From Heptranchias perlo (lineage: Eukaryota): a stretch of DNA of 64,000 nt. Shown piece by piece: positions 48,771 through 61,814 of the stretch (its first letter is position 1; each line of letters opens with the position of its first letter). The position numbers and the translations under genes were made by a program. The stretch spans positions 35,526,001 through 35,590,000 of the forward strand of contig NC_090329.1 of NCBI RefSeq assembly GCF_035084215.1, written 5' to 3'. The notes beneath the pieces are model-generated. The model saw only the letters and a list, made by a program, of their open reading frames with translations, made no database searches and was not told the origin of the DNA.

Positions 48771-50019
48771 TCTGCGTGCTTGCTCCTTGGTCCAGCAAAA
48801 GCCATTGGTGCAACGGTCTTTTAAGTACAGACACTCCAGCTGACAGCCTGTCTTGTGGGAGTGCAGTCCGCCCGCTGCGCAGCTTTTGTACGGCAAACCC
48901 GGAAACAACATTAAGGGCCATCAATTAAGTCGTGATCGCCTGGGGAACAGTAAGATTTTTTTTTCGGGTTACCCGCGCGCCCCTTGACCCCCCCCGCTGC
49001 CATCCCGCCAGCGTTTTAAAATCGTGCCCAATGTATTTTATTTAATCTTTTTTAACTTGTGGAATGAGAACAAAGTGAGGAAAGAAAAGAAAGACTTGCA
49101 TTTTTTTGCATTTTTCACAACTTCAGGACGTTCCAAAGCGCTTTACAGCCAGCGGAGTACTTTTGAAGTGTAGTCACTGCTGTAAAGTAACCAGTTTCCA
49201 TAGTGATGATGAGGCTGCAGGGCTTGACTACTGGTATTCACTTATCCTTGGGACATCAGTGAAAAGTGCTTCAAATCATGGGAACATACACAATGTTATT
49301 TTCATTTCACACCTCTGAGATATTATTGGTAAATGCTATGAAAACAACTGTAAGGAAAGTTTAATGCTTTTTTAAAGTTTGTATTAAATCAAACTCTTTA
49401 TTATGTTTTATTAATATAAAATAAAATAAGAAATAAAGGCATCTTCCCGGAAGGCTCAGCAAGAGCTTGATCTCGGCTGCGGTGGTGGTAGGGACAATGC
49501 AGCTGGCTTTAGCAACTAAGGATGAAGAAAATCAAGCAGAGTTCCTACTGGAAAGTGCATGTGTGGGTGCCAGGTGTCGAGTAAGGACAGGCTCAAATAT
49601 GATGCCTTCCTTAGCAAATAGCCAGCTGCCACTCACTGTCAATAATAATAACCACTGGACGTGCCCCTGGAACACAAGGGGCGATTTTCAACTGCTGGCT
49701 GCCTGTTTCTCACGGCCACCCCATTGATGCCCAAGGCCTGTATGATGCAATTTTCACGCGAGTGGGTGACCAGCACGCCTGCCTGCTTAAATATGCAAAT
49801 TGTGGTCCTACACTCCGTTATAGGATCCCGTTTGCAATTATCAGGCACAATAGATGGAGATTGGGTCGTGCACGCTAACGCTTATTTGTACCAGGTGTTG
49901 AGCGACCTAACCAGCGGTCCTTAAAGGTGGTCATTCAAGAAAAGGCCTCAAACTTTTGTCTTGGTTATTTAGGTGGGACCCGGAGGAGCGATCCGTTATG
50001 AGTCCATGCTCAAATCCCT

Positions 50020-50200
50020 GGCCTATAGGTGACTCCAGTCCCACACCAATATGATTGACTCGAAACATCCCCCTGAAGTGGCCTAGCAAGCCACTCAGTT
50101 GTATCAAAATGCTACTGCAGCGTTTCAAGAATAAGGCCCCCCACCACCTTCTCAGGAAGTGCAATAAACGTGGGCCTTGCCAACGTTGCCCATATATAAA
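50020..50200 (+). mobile_element. SINE fragment with Zenon-like tail
   Basis: GTGGCCTAGCAAGCCACTCAGTTGTATCAAA followed by a CACCACCTTCTCA..GCAATAAA tail. Confidence 0.6.
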
Positions 50201-50204
50201 AAAT

Positions 50205-50470
50205 TAGTGAGTGTTTTCTATGGGGATATCACAGCCTGATCCTGTCCTCACCGACATCCATATACGTGCACTTTCCAGCATGCATCTCATTGATCGTTTC
50301 CCTCTACTTAAACATTTGACTTAAAGAACAATTACACAAAAGTGCAGTGTCGTAATCCCCAGCTGAGGCCAAGTAACTTAGCACAGACCAGTTGATCACA
50401 CCTTCCTGGTTTGTATGGCTCAATTTCACACCAGGCGATTCATTTACCAACTGAGCCATCTGAGCCACTC
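50205..50470 (-). mobile_element. AmnSINE2-like SINE
   Basis: Reverse complement of the motifs at 7535-7940, including head ...CTGAGCCATCTGAGCC. Confidence 0.6.
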
Positions 50471-51728
50471 TTAATTGGTATCTATGAGCATTAATATTAA
50501 CAGGCAAAATAAAAATGCCACTGTACCAGGGAAATCATTACCTACTGTAAACAGAACTGCACTGATGTCCAAGGAGAAATCTGGAGCCATTGTACAGTAC
50601 ATGAGGACTCACTCATCCACCCTGAGATCTGCAAGATGCTTTAGTTTAATCACTTATAGTCAAAGTCCAAAAATTGAATTTAAAAAATATTATCACACTG
50701 ATCGTGATAGTTACTAAACTCTGTTAATTTAGTTGTATCCGTGACACTCGTGGTCTATGGATCACAACCAGGAAGTAGTCCCGTAATACTCCGGTACCAA
50801 AGCAATATATTTTATTTACTCTATGAATTATGTTAAAAGTGAAAAAATATCCTGTCAAAATATATATTTACAAGTTCGAAGTGGATGGAAGGAGAGGGTT
50901 AGGAAAACTTTAGTAAAAGCTTTTACCACACAGAGATTCAAATATTTTTATTAAGAAAAATAAAAGCAACCCCTCCTCATCTTTGCTCCTTATGCATACA
51001 CCTATTAAATAAAAAGTTAATGCTGCAGCTCTAATCCTGGATGGAGTTTTTAATTCAAAAAAGGATACATTATAATTTCTGATCTTTTTTCACTCTTTCA
51101 TACTGTCCTTGGAAGCTAATGTAGGTGTTCCAGCATAGATTTTATAAGGTGAAAAGGAAATGGCTCTCAATCATTTTTGTGGCATCCTTTAATCCAGTCT
51201 TAAGTGTGATCAATAAATGTACATGGAGCTCCGCAGGAAGCAGGCAGTATGTTAACATTCGGACATGCAGCTCTAAAGCAGCCTGCCAAGAAGGGAGGCA
51301 GTTTCTTTACATTTAAGTACCTTTGGCTGTGACCGCTGGCACTGCTGGAGCCTGTCTCCATCACAAGCAGTTAGCATGGTCCAAACAGGACATTTGGGAA
51401 ATCTGACGTGACTCCCAGAAAGATGATATTTTCCAGTCAAGAGGGTTATGGAAACTGTGATGAGCCTGAGTCAAATTGAAATTGTCATTAAATTGTGGTA
51501 ATATGTTATTTTGATTCGCACTTTCCTGTGAAGCCAATTTGGTCTATGGCCAATTTTGTTTTAAAGCCATGACAACAAAACAACAAGCTTCATAGCATCT
51601 CTTTCCTAATGACTCCTTGATTGACAGCTCTGGGCTCAGAGCTCCACATGAAACTTTACCCTGCAACGACCTGCAGTGCCAGTACTACCTCCGCCCTTGA
51701 GCTTCCCATTGGGATTTCTGAACCAAGG

Positions 51729-52597
51729 TGGGTCATTTTAACCCCATGATATGCGGGAGAGGGTCGGGTGGGGGATGGGGGGGGCCTTAAATCAGTAATT
51801 ATGTGAAACCTGACCCCAATGGGCCGTGAACGCGCCTATTTCCAGGTTTAACCGCGGCTGGTGTCGGGGCATCTGAGTAACCCGCTCTGGAGAGGTGGGT
51901 CCATGATTATAATATTTAAATGAGGCTCCGTTCCTCAGATTTTAGGAGCCATTTGAATTTAACAGCTGAGGGCCAGGTTTCCCAGGGCTCGAGAAACCCA
52001 GCAGCTAAAGGGAGATGGGTGATGCCAGCCCTAGCAGGTAAGTGCTTTTCCAGCACTACTTGTGGGCCGTGAGGAGCAGGAGCTTCCCACCGGCCCCTCA
52101 AGCGATCTGCTGACCTCCCCCCCCCCCCCCCCCCGCCAGGCGATCTTCCGACCCCACCCCCACGCGATCTGTCGCCCCCCCCCCCCCTCCATTATTTGCT
52201 CCCTCCCCACCATCTGCCGCTCCCCGCTGTCTGCCTCCCTCCCCGCGATCATTTGACCCCCCCCCCCACTTGGTAATCTGCCTACCCCCATCCCCATGCC
52301 CCGATCTTTCCCTCCCTGCCGCGCTCCAAGCCCCCCCACCATTACCCAGTGTTTTCCAATTGCCGGGGACCATTCCAAGGGGTCCTCGGCTGCGGCCTTG
52401 TACTGCAGACTTTCTCTCCCGGCAGCCGGCCAGCTTCTCAATCTGGCTGACTGACGGGTGGGAAACGGAGTAAAAAAATGCTAATGAGGTCCAGCCGTTA
52501 ATTTCGGCAGGAATTCCGCGTTGCCAGTATTTCCGGGTTTTCCAGCTGCAAACATGCACCCCTGCTTCCTCCCCGCCTCCCTGTAAATATCAGGGTC
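51729..52597. mobile_element. Harbinger-type MITE with C-rich centre
   Basis: Left GTGGGTCATTTTAAC, right TAAATATCAGGGTC; poorly matched ends but same internal style as the other MITEs. Confidence 0.5.
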
Positions 52598-52769
52598 AAG
52601 GACATCCTACAACTCTGGCTGCATAAATGCATCAGCCATAGAGAGCTCTGTGTAAGGTATATCATTCCTCCATGGTATAGTGACCACAGCTTGTAATTTA
52701 ATCCCCTCTTTTCACTTTCCCTTTGAATTAAAATATCCACCTTACACAGTCATTTTTCAAATGTATATC

Positions 52770-53130
52770 GGGCTTCTTTGGGCAAGTGAGTGGGCGAAAT
52801 TGTGACAAATGGAGTTCAATGTGGGGAAGAGTGAGGTCATCCACTTTGGATCCAAGAAAGACAAATCGAAGTATTTTTGAAATGGTGAGAAACTTTCAAG
52901 AGTGAAATCAGGAAGCATTTTTTCACACAAAGGGCAGTGGGAGTGTGTAACTCTCTCCCCAAAAGGCTGTGGATGCTGGGTCAATTCAAATTTTCAAGAC
53001 TGAGATTGATAGATTTTTGCTAGGTAAAGGTATCAAGGAATATGGATCAAAAAGTGGGTAAATGTATGATCTAATTAAATGGCGGAACAGGCTCGAGGGG
53101 CTGAATGGCCTACTCTTGTTCGTATGTTCT
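52770..53130 (+). mobile_element. CR1 3' fragment
   Basis: QMEFNVGKSEVIHFG remnant and tail GGCGGAACAGGCTCGAGGGGCTGAATGGCCTACTC. Confidence 0.8.
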
Positions 53131-55020
53131 TTGATGTGAGAAGAAATTATCCTCTTGGAAGAGATTTGTTCAGACCTGGACCAGGACATTTTGATCATGC
53201 TAATATTTCTAGACTGGTGCTAGGTTACGGCTCTGTGGATATACTGTTGTTCCATTTTCAAATCTGCAGCTTAAACTGTGCAATGTGCCTTATTAAAGCA
53301 TAAAAATATTTTAATCACTTTTATTGCATGTTCCAAAGTAATCATCCAATACAATCTGGATGTCATCTCCCAATCTAAGTTAAATAACCTACATGTGTCT
53401 ACTTTATTCATCCATTCCCCTCAACATTTCAAAAGGCTGGATCACAATCTTCTACTTTGTAAACAAATTCAGTTCTGTGCCTATCTTCCTGTTAGTCACA
53501 GTATTCTGTGTAATGAAGATTCTAAAGAAATGTAAAAAAAATCAGAAATAGAGGATATTAATATAAATATAAATATACTTACAAACTTCCTCTCTGATGG
53601 TTATGGAGCAGCAGAAGTTGTCAAATAGTCGATTACTGATTACTTCATCATGCTCAGAGCCACTTTAACATGAGATGCTCCCATACAGAAATTAAAACAA
53701 AAATTGGGGAAGGGGGAAATTAAAGTTAAAAACCATTTGAACATTACCACAGTACTTAAACATGTAAAACAGGTGAGTCTGTTTTGTCAAAATTATAACC
53801 TATAATTTTGCTTCAAAAGTACCTATAATTAACTACATCTGACAAAGTTAAATTATTTTTGTCTTCTAAACGTTTATCATTATTTGAACTCAAGCTTTGA
53901 AATACACCAACAAGGTGCAAGATTCAATTGGCCTTAATCCATCCTCAGTAGGTGGGCTAACGATGTCAAAAATGCAATTTTAAATGTTTCATATCTTCCC
54001 AAAAAGCTGTAGGTAAACTGGCTAAAGCTACAACTGTTTTGCCATTTTACATTGCTCAGTAATTTGCACATTTTTTCCACACAGTTCCTTAACCTTTGAG
54101 TATTCTAAAAAAAAAATGTCTTGCGGGTGTTGAATATTATTTTTGGAATGAACAAAATCACAAAAATTTGGTGACCTCAAATGTTGTTACCGTTTCTTTA
54201 ATTCAGTTTATAGGTCACAACTGCATTGAGGCACACGGAGGAATGAATCCATTCAAGAATGAACAAGGCATTAGCTTTCTCTAGCCATGACATTAATCCA
54301 CCTAGTCCTAATTTCATTGTTTCATTCAATTCCTTAATATATAACCAGAATCATTCTACCAAAATACTTCTTGTGAGATCTTCTTTGCTGCATTCCTCTG
54401 CTCATGAGACAAGATTCATTATGGATTTGACTTGGTTACGGTTACAACTTTGAATGTTAAGATTGAGCTCGAGTAGAAATGAGCTTAGGACTTAATTTCA
54501 AATGCAATCAGCCAATTCTGATTGGACCTGAAAATTACCATTTTGGGTACAAGTTGAATATTTTTGATCATGACGTGCCTGTTGCTTTAAAGAGATGGTA
54601 CAATGCATGGCCAGTGGAATATTCCAAGATTTGCTGCAATCACAACAAAGATATTGGCAATAAAAAGTCCATGTTTTGCATGATTTTAGTATTAACAACA
54701 TATTCACTCATTTCCATGATGAATTTGTTGCTCTGTATTTGAGGTATTTATTTGTCTAACCATCCACTTCCTTGTTGATGTAGGTTGACTACTCTTTCAA
54801 GGTTTTATTTTACTTGTGCTTCAGTGAGACTTTTCCACTAACGTCCAGGTGTCATTATTGTTTACATTCCAGACTTCGGATTTGAATTTCAAGGAGACAG
54901 AAATATTCAAAATCTAAAACTAATCTGAACACTCATTCCGACTCTTGTGTTTGATTTATTATCACCAGCCATGTTTCTAGACAATCTCAGATGAACTAAA
55001 AAGTGCAGGATTAAGCATGA

Positions 55021-55216
55021 GGGGTCATTTTTATGAGTACGTGCTACTGGCAGTGAGCCTTGCCAGCTTACAGAGCTTCTCAGATTTTTAGGTGTGCGCT
55101 GCTCATGATTTTTCAACCATGGTTAGAAAGGCATGGGCAGTGCATGCCTGAATTACCATACATACTCATGGCAGATGAAGCTCTGTGCTGGCAGCACAGA
55201 CTCATAAAAGTACCCC
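55021..55216. mobile_element. Short MITE
   Basis: TIRs GGGGTCATTTTTATGAGT / ACTCATAAAAGTACCCC. Confidence 0.7.
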
Positions 55217-55374
55217 TATAATCTCTGGTAACCTAGTTATACGCTATATATCCCATTTGCCATCTACAATTCAACTTATAAAAAAGTCCCACTGATCAGA
55301 GAAGCCTCTTTGGCTACTGATACTCAGCTCTTCACATCTAGTCGAGCTGAGAGCTCAGTACACTTGTTGTAAAT

Positions 55375-55542
55375 GGGGATTATTTTAACTTTAAACGACA
55401 GTGTAAAATGGATGATATCGAACTAACCCATGCATTATACAACCCGCCTGAGGTCAATGGAAGGGAAAATTGGCGGTGTATATTGGGCGGTCAATTCAAT
55501 ATTGCTCATTAAACACCATCACCAAAAGTTAAAATCATCGCC
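55375..55542. mobile_element. Short Harbinger-type MITE (168 bp)
   Basis: TIRs GGGGATTATTTTAACTTT / AAAGTTAAAATCATCGCC; perfect AAT duplication. Confidence 0.85.
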
Positions 55543-56959
55543 AATGTGTTATAAATTTGGATTTGGCATAGATACCTTATTGGCTTCAGTGGTGTCAGTC
55601 ACTCGCTTAAGTGCTCTGAACATCTTTCACGGGAGTTTACACACACTGCCCTGAATCTACTTGTATGATAGCATAACCCAGGGGATGTAGCAATAATACC
55701 GTCTTGTGACCTGAACTGGATTTTCGTGTCTCTCGCACAGGCACTTCTCCAATCTCTCCGAAGATGGACCGAGCATTGCTTGGTGAGATGGGGTTTAATA
55801 TGTATTATTAAGCTACCTTTTATTTTTGCAGCAAGCAAACATACTGGGCAACAGTTATGATTAGATTCAATTACTTCAATCAGTACAACTTATCTTATGC
55901 GTAATGATACAAAGCAAAGAACATATCATGCTTCAGCAGGTCACCTAGCTTAACTTAAACTAGAGGTCTAATAACTAGTCTTCCGCATTTCTAACCTTTT
56001 CACCTCAGCAAAAGCGCTCACTGCTTTCCCTTTAACAAACCGGATTTTCTTCACAGCTTTCCTGTTTCAAAATGTCTTCTAGTGTCCCCGTGTCTCTCTT
56101 TTTTTAATCCCCTTTTTCACACACATAGAGGAATCAAAGCCTTTCCAAAATAATGGGTGTGAGGTGTTTCCAATTACTTAGATAAAGTAACGAATTGCTT
56201 CTTGCTTAGTCTCTGGGGAAAACAACTTCCATTTAGCATATTGACCACCTTTCATCTAGGTGCCTTTTTAAACCTATGAGAATATATATTGCTTTTTTAA
56301 AAACCCAACATTAAAAGTAATGCTTCTTCCAAATCCTTTCTGTGGAAAAATGATCAAAAGAGCCTGAAGTATGATAGAACGTACATGGGGAGAAGAATGC
56401 CTCTGGTCACCATGCGTAGCAACATCATGTTCAAAAAGAATGTTTTTATGATTTCGCATGGCAACCAAAGCAATTTATCCCCCATGATTGAATCCATTGG
56501 TAATCAGTGTAGTCATTTCCCTATTAATTGCTTGCCACAGCTCTTTATAACTCAATGGCATATTCACGGTGGCACCTTCATCTATTTAATTCCATTCCAC
56601 CTCTATAATCTGCTGAAAATCTAGTGAGATGTTATAAATTATATAGATAAACGTGTTCTTGGCTGTGATGTGAGCATTCAACCAGAATGTGTGCTAATTC
56701 AGTGGGTCAATGGTTATGCCTTTAAACTATTTTCCAAGCAATCTGTCTACAAGACACCTGGACCAGCTGGATTATACCCTAGAGTCTTCAAGAAAATGCT
56801 TGAGCAAATAACTAAGGCCCAGATAAGTATATTTAGGAACTCCGTGAATACAGGACTTTAGCTGAGGGTTGAATGGCAGCTCATGCAGCCCCCATATTCA
56901 AATTTTATTTAAAAAGTCATAGACCTACTTCTTTAATGTCTGTAGTGGAGAATACTTCC

Positions 56960-57365
56960 TTCCTGCCTCTCCTGAAGGCCCCGACTTATGGTGGAGTAAA
57001 TTCTATCGATGTTGGCCACCCTCTGGCACCTTTCCCACTTGGTGGTTCTTCATCTGTGTGGATAGATCAGTGAGGCTCAGCAGGTTACTTAGCTACATAC
57101 TTGTCAGAACAAATCCCAGTCTTGTCCTCACCTAAGCAAACTTACGAGCAGGGATCACTGGATATTGATCAGGAATGGCTGATTTATAGAAGGAAAAATC
57201 AACCAGAGTTCCTGGTCTTCAGTTGCTGCCCAGTGACCACTGCTGGGGTGTTGCATGAAGACAGGATAGGGTTGGTTGTGACACATTTCATGGTCAAATA
57301 CCTTCCAAAACTCACTGTCCAGTCAGTCTCACATATAAGGAATGGCTACTTGTGCGAGGTACTGG
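56960..57365. mobile_element. Two AmnSINE2-like 3' halves in inverted arrangement
   Basis: Minus copy at about 56960-57180 and plus copy at about 57190-57365. Confidence 0.55.
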
Positions 57366-57367
57366 CA

Positions 57368-59220
57368 TCATAGAATCGCAGAAAGGTTGCAGCACGGAAG
57401 GAGACCATTTGGCCCATCGAGTCCATGCCGGCTGTATGCAAGAGCAATCCAGCTAGTCCCACTCCCCCATCCTATCCGCGTAGCCCTGCAATTTTTTTCC
57501 TTTCAAGCACTTATTCAGTTCCCTTTTGATTGAATCTGCCTCCACCATCACCCCCCCCACCCCACCACAAGGCAGTGAATTCCAGATCCTATCCACTCGC
57601 TGGGTAAAAAAGTATTTCCTCATGCCGCCGTTGGTTCTTTTGCCAATCATCTTAAACCTATGTGCTCTGGTTCTTGACTCTTCCGCCAATGGGAACAGTT
57701 TCTCTTCATCTATTCTGTCTAGACCCTTCATGATTTTAAATATCTCTATCAAATCTCTTCTCAACCTTCTCTGTTCCAAGGAGAACAACCCCAGCTTCTC
57801 CAGTCTATCCATAAAGTCCTTCATCCCTCGAATCATTCCAGTAAATCTTTTCTGCACCCTCTCTAAGGCCTTCACATCTTTCCTAAAGTGAGGTGCACAG
57901 AACTGGACACAATACTCCAGTTGTGGTCAAACCAGTATTTTATAAAGGTTCATCATGACTTCCATACTTTTGTACTCTGTCCCTCTATTTATAAAGCCCA
58001 GGATCCTGTATGCTTTGTTAACTGCTTTCTCAACCTGCCCTGCCACTTTCAACGATTTGTGCACATCTCTCTGTTCCTATACCCTTTTGGAATTGCGCCC
58101 TCTAGTTTATATTGCATCTCCTCGTTCTTCCTACCGAAATGTATCACTTTGCATTCTTCTGCGTTAAGTTTTATCTGCCATTTATCTACCCATTCCACCA
58201 GCCTGTCGATATACTCTTGAAGTCTATGACTATCCTCCTCACAGTTCACTACAATTCCAAGTTTTGTGTCATCTGCAAATTTGGAAATTGTGCCCTGTAC
58301 ACCCAAGTCCAAGTCATTTATATATATCAAGTAAAGCAGTGGTCCTAGTAGCGACCTCTGGGAAACAACACTGTACACCTCCCTCCAGTCTGAAAAGCAA
58401 CCGTTCATCACAACTCTCTGCTTCCTGTTACTTAGCCAATTTTGTATCCATGCTGCTGCTGCCCCCTTTATTCCCTGGGCTTCAATCTTGATGACATGCC
58501 GATTGTGCGGTACTTTATCAAACACCTTTTGAAAGTCCATATATACCACATCAACTGCATTGCCCTCATCGACTTTCTCCATTACCTCATCAAAAAACTC
58601 AATCAAATTAGCTGAACAGGATTTGCCTTTAACAATTCTGTGCTGGCTTTCCCTAATCAATCCACACTTGTCCAAGTGATTGCTAATTCTATCCCGGATT
58701 ATTGTTTCTAAAAGTTTCCCCACCACCGAGGTTAAACTGACTGGCTTGTAGTTGCTTGGTTTATCCTTACACCCTTTTTTGAACAAGGATTTGCAATTCT
58801 CCAGTCCTCTGGCACCACCCCTGTATCTAAAGATGATTGGAAGATTATGGCCTGTACCGCTGCAATTTCCGCCCTGACTTCCCTCAGCAACCTAGGATGC
58901 ATCCCATCTGGACTGGGTGACTTATCTACTTTAAGTACAGCTAGTCTTTCTAGTACCTCCTTTTTATCAATTTTTAGCCCATCCAGTATCTCGACTACAC
59001 CTTCCTTTAATGAGACTCTGGCAGCATCTTCTTCCTTGGCAAAGACAAATGCAAAGTGCTCATTTAGTACCTCAGCCATGCCCTCTGCCTCCATGAGTAG
59101 ATTTCCTTTTTGGTCCCTGATCGGCCCCACCCTTCCACTTACTACCCATTTACTGTTTACATGTCTGTAGAAGACTTTTGGATTCCCTTTTATGTTTGCT
59201 GCCAGTCTATTCTCATACAC
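57368..59220 (-). mobile_element. CR1 LINE ORF2 remnant (RT to 3' tail)
   Basis: DGMHPRLLRE, NYKPVSLTS, YMDFQKVFDKVPH, KFADDTKL, FFTQRVDRIWNSLP; same family as 13294-15130. Confidence 0.93.
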
Positions 59221-60581
59221 ATTGGAGAGTGACCAAGGCCTCAAATATCATCAGAAGTCAACAATGGAGAAAAGAAGGGGAAAAAGTGACCAGAAAAATT
59301 AGCCAAATGGGTGATAAAGGCTCGTCAACATTGTTTCAGAAAAAAAACCCAGAAGATGTAGGAAATACACAGCAAGTCAGTCAGTATCTGTAAAGACAAA
59401 AGACAGATTATGATCATATTTGGAGTGTGTAATGCCTGAAGCATTCAGCTCTCTTTTCTCTTTACAGTTTTTGTGCATTTCCAGCATTTTTTTCTTTTTC
59501 TTTTATTGTTCTAGAACAATTAGGTTGTATGTTATGAAACTGCAGGAATTCTGTGAGAATGTAATTAAAGGGGAGATTCTCCACTTTAGTGCTCCCAGTG
59601 CCTGTGGGGAGCACGTATCAGGAAATTGCACATCCCATTCCATGATTTCCCAACCGTTATATTAATCGCATGGACTATCCAATGGATGTAGTACAATGGA
59701 TTTTCGAAAGGCATTTGACAGAGTTTTTATCTGAGGCTTTCAGAGGAATATAAATGCAATGTGGAATAAATGACAAATTGACTGGGAAACTGACTTGACA
59801 ACAGAAAGCAGAAAGGAGGTGATAAATGAACAAGGCTCTGTTGGGCAGTGACTATTGGAGTTCTGTAGTGATCTATGCTGGATACTCGGCTGCCTATGAC
59901 ATTTATAAATGATATGGAGACAGATACTTCTGACAATAACGGGGAAGATTTCCTCTGTTCTTTATTTGTAATGAGATTATAAATACAAGAATAAGGAACA
60001 TGTTTAAAATTTCATTACAAATAGCAAACTGAAGAAAACTCCCCCCTCCCCCTCCCGGAATAACTGGAACCATCCTCCTCCATAGCATTTATAAACACAG
60101 TAGGCAGCGGAGAATCCATTTTGTGTTTGCTAATGACACCAAACAATGTGGCCAGTTGATCAGGCATAAAGATTGATAGCATGCAAAAGAATCTGAGCAA
60201 GTTAAGTGGATGAGCTAAGGAATAATGGATGGATATTAATATGGAAGATTAGATGAAATTTGGCACACCCAGAGCAGTCTGGCCTCCATTGTCAAAGGTG
60301 AAAAGGAAAACAATTTTGCTGTAATTATTAACTATTCACTGAAAGCATCCAGTTAATGCAAGACTGTTATCACAAGTCACGTACTTCTGTGCATCTCAAA
60401 TGCATACAAGTAGAAATGAAAATGTATGTTGTACCAACTTTAATTCATTTATAAGGTTACATTTGGAATATTTTGTGCAATTTTGGGTATGTTGTCATTG
60501 ATAGAACATTGGATGAAAAGAAAAGTTGCAAATAAAGCAAAAAGTGCAGGCCTTCAGCATCTGAAAAAAAAGAAAAGGCAA

Positions 60582-60862
60582 GGTAATGTTTTAGGTTGAG
60601 ATCCTTCATTAAAACTGAAAAGGGAAGGAAGGTGAGCCCTTTATATGACTGACCAAAACACAGAGGGGAGGGGGAGCAACCATTAAAGGTCACAAGTCAA
60701 AACATTTAAATCATCTGCTTTTTTACTACTATTTAGCGTATTTGACCCATGACCTTTACCTGCTGTTCTCCCCTTCCCTCTTTGTTTTGGTCAGTCCTAT
60801 ACAGAGCCGGTCTGTATTCCTTGTTCAGTTCTGATGAAAGGTTCCATCTGAAATATTAACTG
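60582..60862. repeat. Old inverted repeat (arms about 115 bp) with hammerhead motifs at both outer ends
   Basis: TATATGACTGACCAAAACACAGAGGGGAGGGGGAGC..TAAAGGTCA..GTCAAA versus TTTGAC..TGACCTTTA..TTCTCCCCTTCCCTCTTTGTTTTGGTCAGTCCTATA. Confidence 0.8.
60826..60862 (+). ncRNA. Minimal type I hammerhead (second PLE family)
   Basis: CAGUU-CUGAUGA-A-AGGU-UCC-AUCU-GAAA-UA-UU-AACUG: stem I CAGUU/AACUG, palindromic AUAU stem III. Confidence 0.65.
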
Positions 60863-60960
60863 ACAAATTGAAAGAGTTAAGAAAAGACTGACAAGAATGA
60901 TACTGAGACTGAAAACATTAAGTTCTGGGGATAGAATTAAAGCTGTTCATAATGGAGAGA

Positions 60961-61170
60961 AGCCATGATGTGGAGATGCCGGTGATGGACTGAGGTGGAC
61001 AAATGTAAGGAGTCTTACAACACCAGGTTATAGTCCAACAGTTTTATTTGAAATCACAAGCTTTCGGAGGCTTCCTCCTTTGTCAGGTGACGAAGGAGGA
61101 AGCCTCTGAAAGCTTGTGATTTCAAATAAAACTGTTGGACTATAACCTGGTGTTGTAAGACTCCTTACAT
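60961..61170. mobile_element. PLE pLTR fold-back insertion with 10-13-bp target duplication
   Basis: 83-bp arms (61003-61085 and 61088-61170) with a 2-nt loop; (CAT)AATGGAGAGA at 60948-60960 and 61168-61180; lies within an old plus-strand CR1 remnant. Confidence 0.92.
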
Positions 61171-61814
61171 AATGGAGAGAGAGAGGGGAGTAAGATCCAC
61201 ATCGGACAATGTGGGTGTAAACAGGTATTTAATTAAACCTTGATTGTAGCTCTAGAGGAAATGAGTACAAAGTTGGCAAGGGTCAAGTGATCAGAGGAAT
61301 TCTTTTCCCCCATCCAGAAGAGTGGATATGCGGAATAGACTGTCATCAATAATACTTAACAGTATGTTCATTGATTCCTGTAAGAAGTAACATTTTATGG
61401 TTAAGAAAGTGATCAGAAGCTGCTGGGAACAGGGCACACTTAGCCAATAGTCTACAGAACATTATGTGGAGAGTTTCTGGTGGAGGTTCTCCCGCTCATC
61501 CACCATTAACGCAGTGGAGAAGCCATGGAAACCCTGGAAAAATGGCATGAACAATGCTGTTCTTCCTCCGAAGGGATGGAGGATGAGCTGGAGAACCCCT
61601 ATGTAAATTTACCCCTTATGTATCGAGTCCTGGTGCAATACTGTACTGTGTGATGATGGATTGGTACTCTGGAGTTTATGCTTCATCACTTTTGGGGGTC
61701 AGGGAAAAAATGTCACAACTTTTTATCTTTTTAAAAGTTAACCCGTCATTTTTCAGTTCTCGCAAGAAATTAAGTCCCTGATTTGATATAGTCAGTTGAT
61801 TTGAAATGCAATTT

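Larger units (their letters stand above)
44954..49029. mobile_element. PIF/Harbinger DNA transposon, two convergent genes
   Basis: TIRs GGGCATGATTTTAA / TTAAAATCGTGCCC; perfect AAT duplication at 44951-44953 and 49030-49032. Confidence 0.93.

Noticed and set aside
53606-53655. Minus-strand ATGATGA with GAGCA/TGCTC terminal stem
   Set aside because: Only about 50 nt long, and the D box reads CTGC.
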